This document shows, piece by piece, positions 62,907-64,000 of a stretch of 64,000 nucleotides of DNA. The notes below the pieces were generated by a model. The model had not been told where the DNA came from, searched no databases, and saw only the letters and a list, made by a program, of their open reading frames with translations. Position numbers and translations under genes: made by a program. Source of the stretch: Octopus sinensis. Its lineage: Eukaryota. Every line of letters begins with the position of its first letter. The stretch's first letter is position 1. Location of the stretch: the NCBI RefSeq assembly GCF_006345805.1, contig NC_043019.1, positions 8,989,360-9,053,359 on the forward strand, given 5' to 3'.

Positions 62907-63200
62907 CGAATGCTCGAAATCAGTAGATAGATAGCTGACAACTGATGAAGGGTCTTCTTTGTGTTACTTGTCCTGTTTCCCATTTGTTTCTCTCGTTGTT
63001 TGTGTATTCAACTCATTTGTTTCCGTACTTCATGTTGCTTACAGTTGGTGAGGTCCTTTAACTATATGTGCACATATGTGTGTGGGGGGTGTATTATTTA
63101 TATTATTATTTACTTCAACGCCATGCATCCATTTCGAAGTAAGTATATATATATGTATATATATATTCATAAATATATATACATACATATATACATACAT

Positions 63201-63298
<98 letters not shown>

Positions 63299-63559
63299 AT
63301 ATACATAGAATTGAGACGTAATGTCTGACATGAATAACAACGTCATACGGTACTCAAAAAGAAAAAACAGATTAGAGAAATATATCGAATAAAATAAATA
63401 ACAGCCACCAAAGTTCGTGACATTCGATTCAAACTCCAGCCTTGTAATTTCTTGAAGACCATTATATATTGGGGTAATCCCTCATTCTAGTTGTAAGAAA
63501 TAATTCTGAGATCTATGTGGTTCCATGTCAAACCAAAGTTCAGCCATCACATCACCTGA

Positions 63560-63900
63560 CTGTCAGGAAGAGATAGCAGAGAGATTCCACCAATCATTTC
63601 CCCTACCTGTCATTAATAGGTACCAGATCTATGTGGCTCTATCTTAGGTCCAGGCTCTACTTATAAGTTCACGCAGCTGTCAATAATGGACGTGACATCG
63701 ATGTTGTTTAATCTGAAGAGCGTAAGATAGCAATCAGTTGATCAAGCTGTCGGAAATAAGCAGCAGATCGATGCTGTTCCAGTCCGAAAACACAGTCCAT
63801 TAATCACCAGATCTCGCAGTCAGTCATTAAAATTTATATTATCGAAGAAGAAGTTCTGTTTCACACCGAAGTCCGGCAACCTGTTCAATTTCATTGTCTT
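63560..63900 (-). mobile_element. Possible highly decayed non-LTR RT fragment
   Basis: FGVKQ...NFND*LRDLVINGLCFRTGTASICCLFPTA*...TSIIDSCVNL*VEPGPKIEPHRSGT loosely follows the GVKQG / SCLxFADD / GLKINPxKS spacing of RT subdomains. Confidence 0.3.
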
Positions 63901-64000
63901 ATAACAAGTACAGAGATCAACCAACACCAAACTGGAGAAGCTACCTAATGGACAATAAAAATCTTCTAAATGACCCATTTAACGAAACCATGAAAACAAC

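Overview
Eukaryotic, very AT-rich, microsatellite-saturated non-coding DNA (intergenic or a large intron). The SINE families and repeat style resemble an octopus/coleoid cephalopod genome; this is inference, not shown by the sequence. No intact protein-coding gene could be supported, and most entries in the supplied ORF track are translations of (TA)n, (TG)n, (TATG)n, (GATA)n, (AAT)n and (GAT)n repeats. Supportable content: (i) at least four tRNA-derived SINE families with about 30 full or partial copies; (ii) decayed retrotransposon pieces: RTE-clade LINEs, one with a twin-priming-type inversion, R4/Dong-like 3' ends in (TAA)n, and a HERO-like endonuclease relic; (iii) two mariner relics; (iv) a dispersed set of hammerhead-ribozyme motifs of the minimal type I, palindromic-stem-III kind associated with Penelope-like elements. 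The hammerheads are the most striking signal: two have fully canonical catalytic cores (281-358 on +, 29385-29418 on -), one has perfect helices with a single core change (27059-27131 on +), and several are decayed relatives. All structures were folded by eye and none is shown to be expressed or active.
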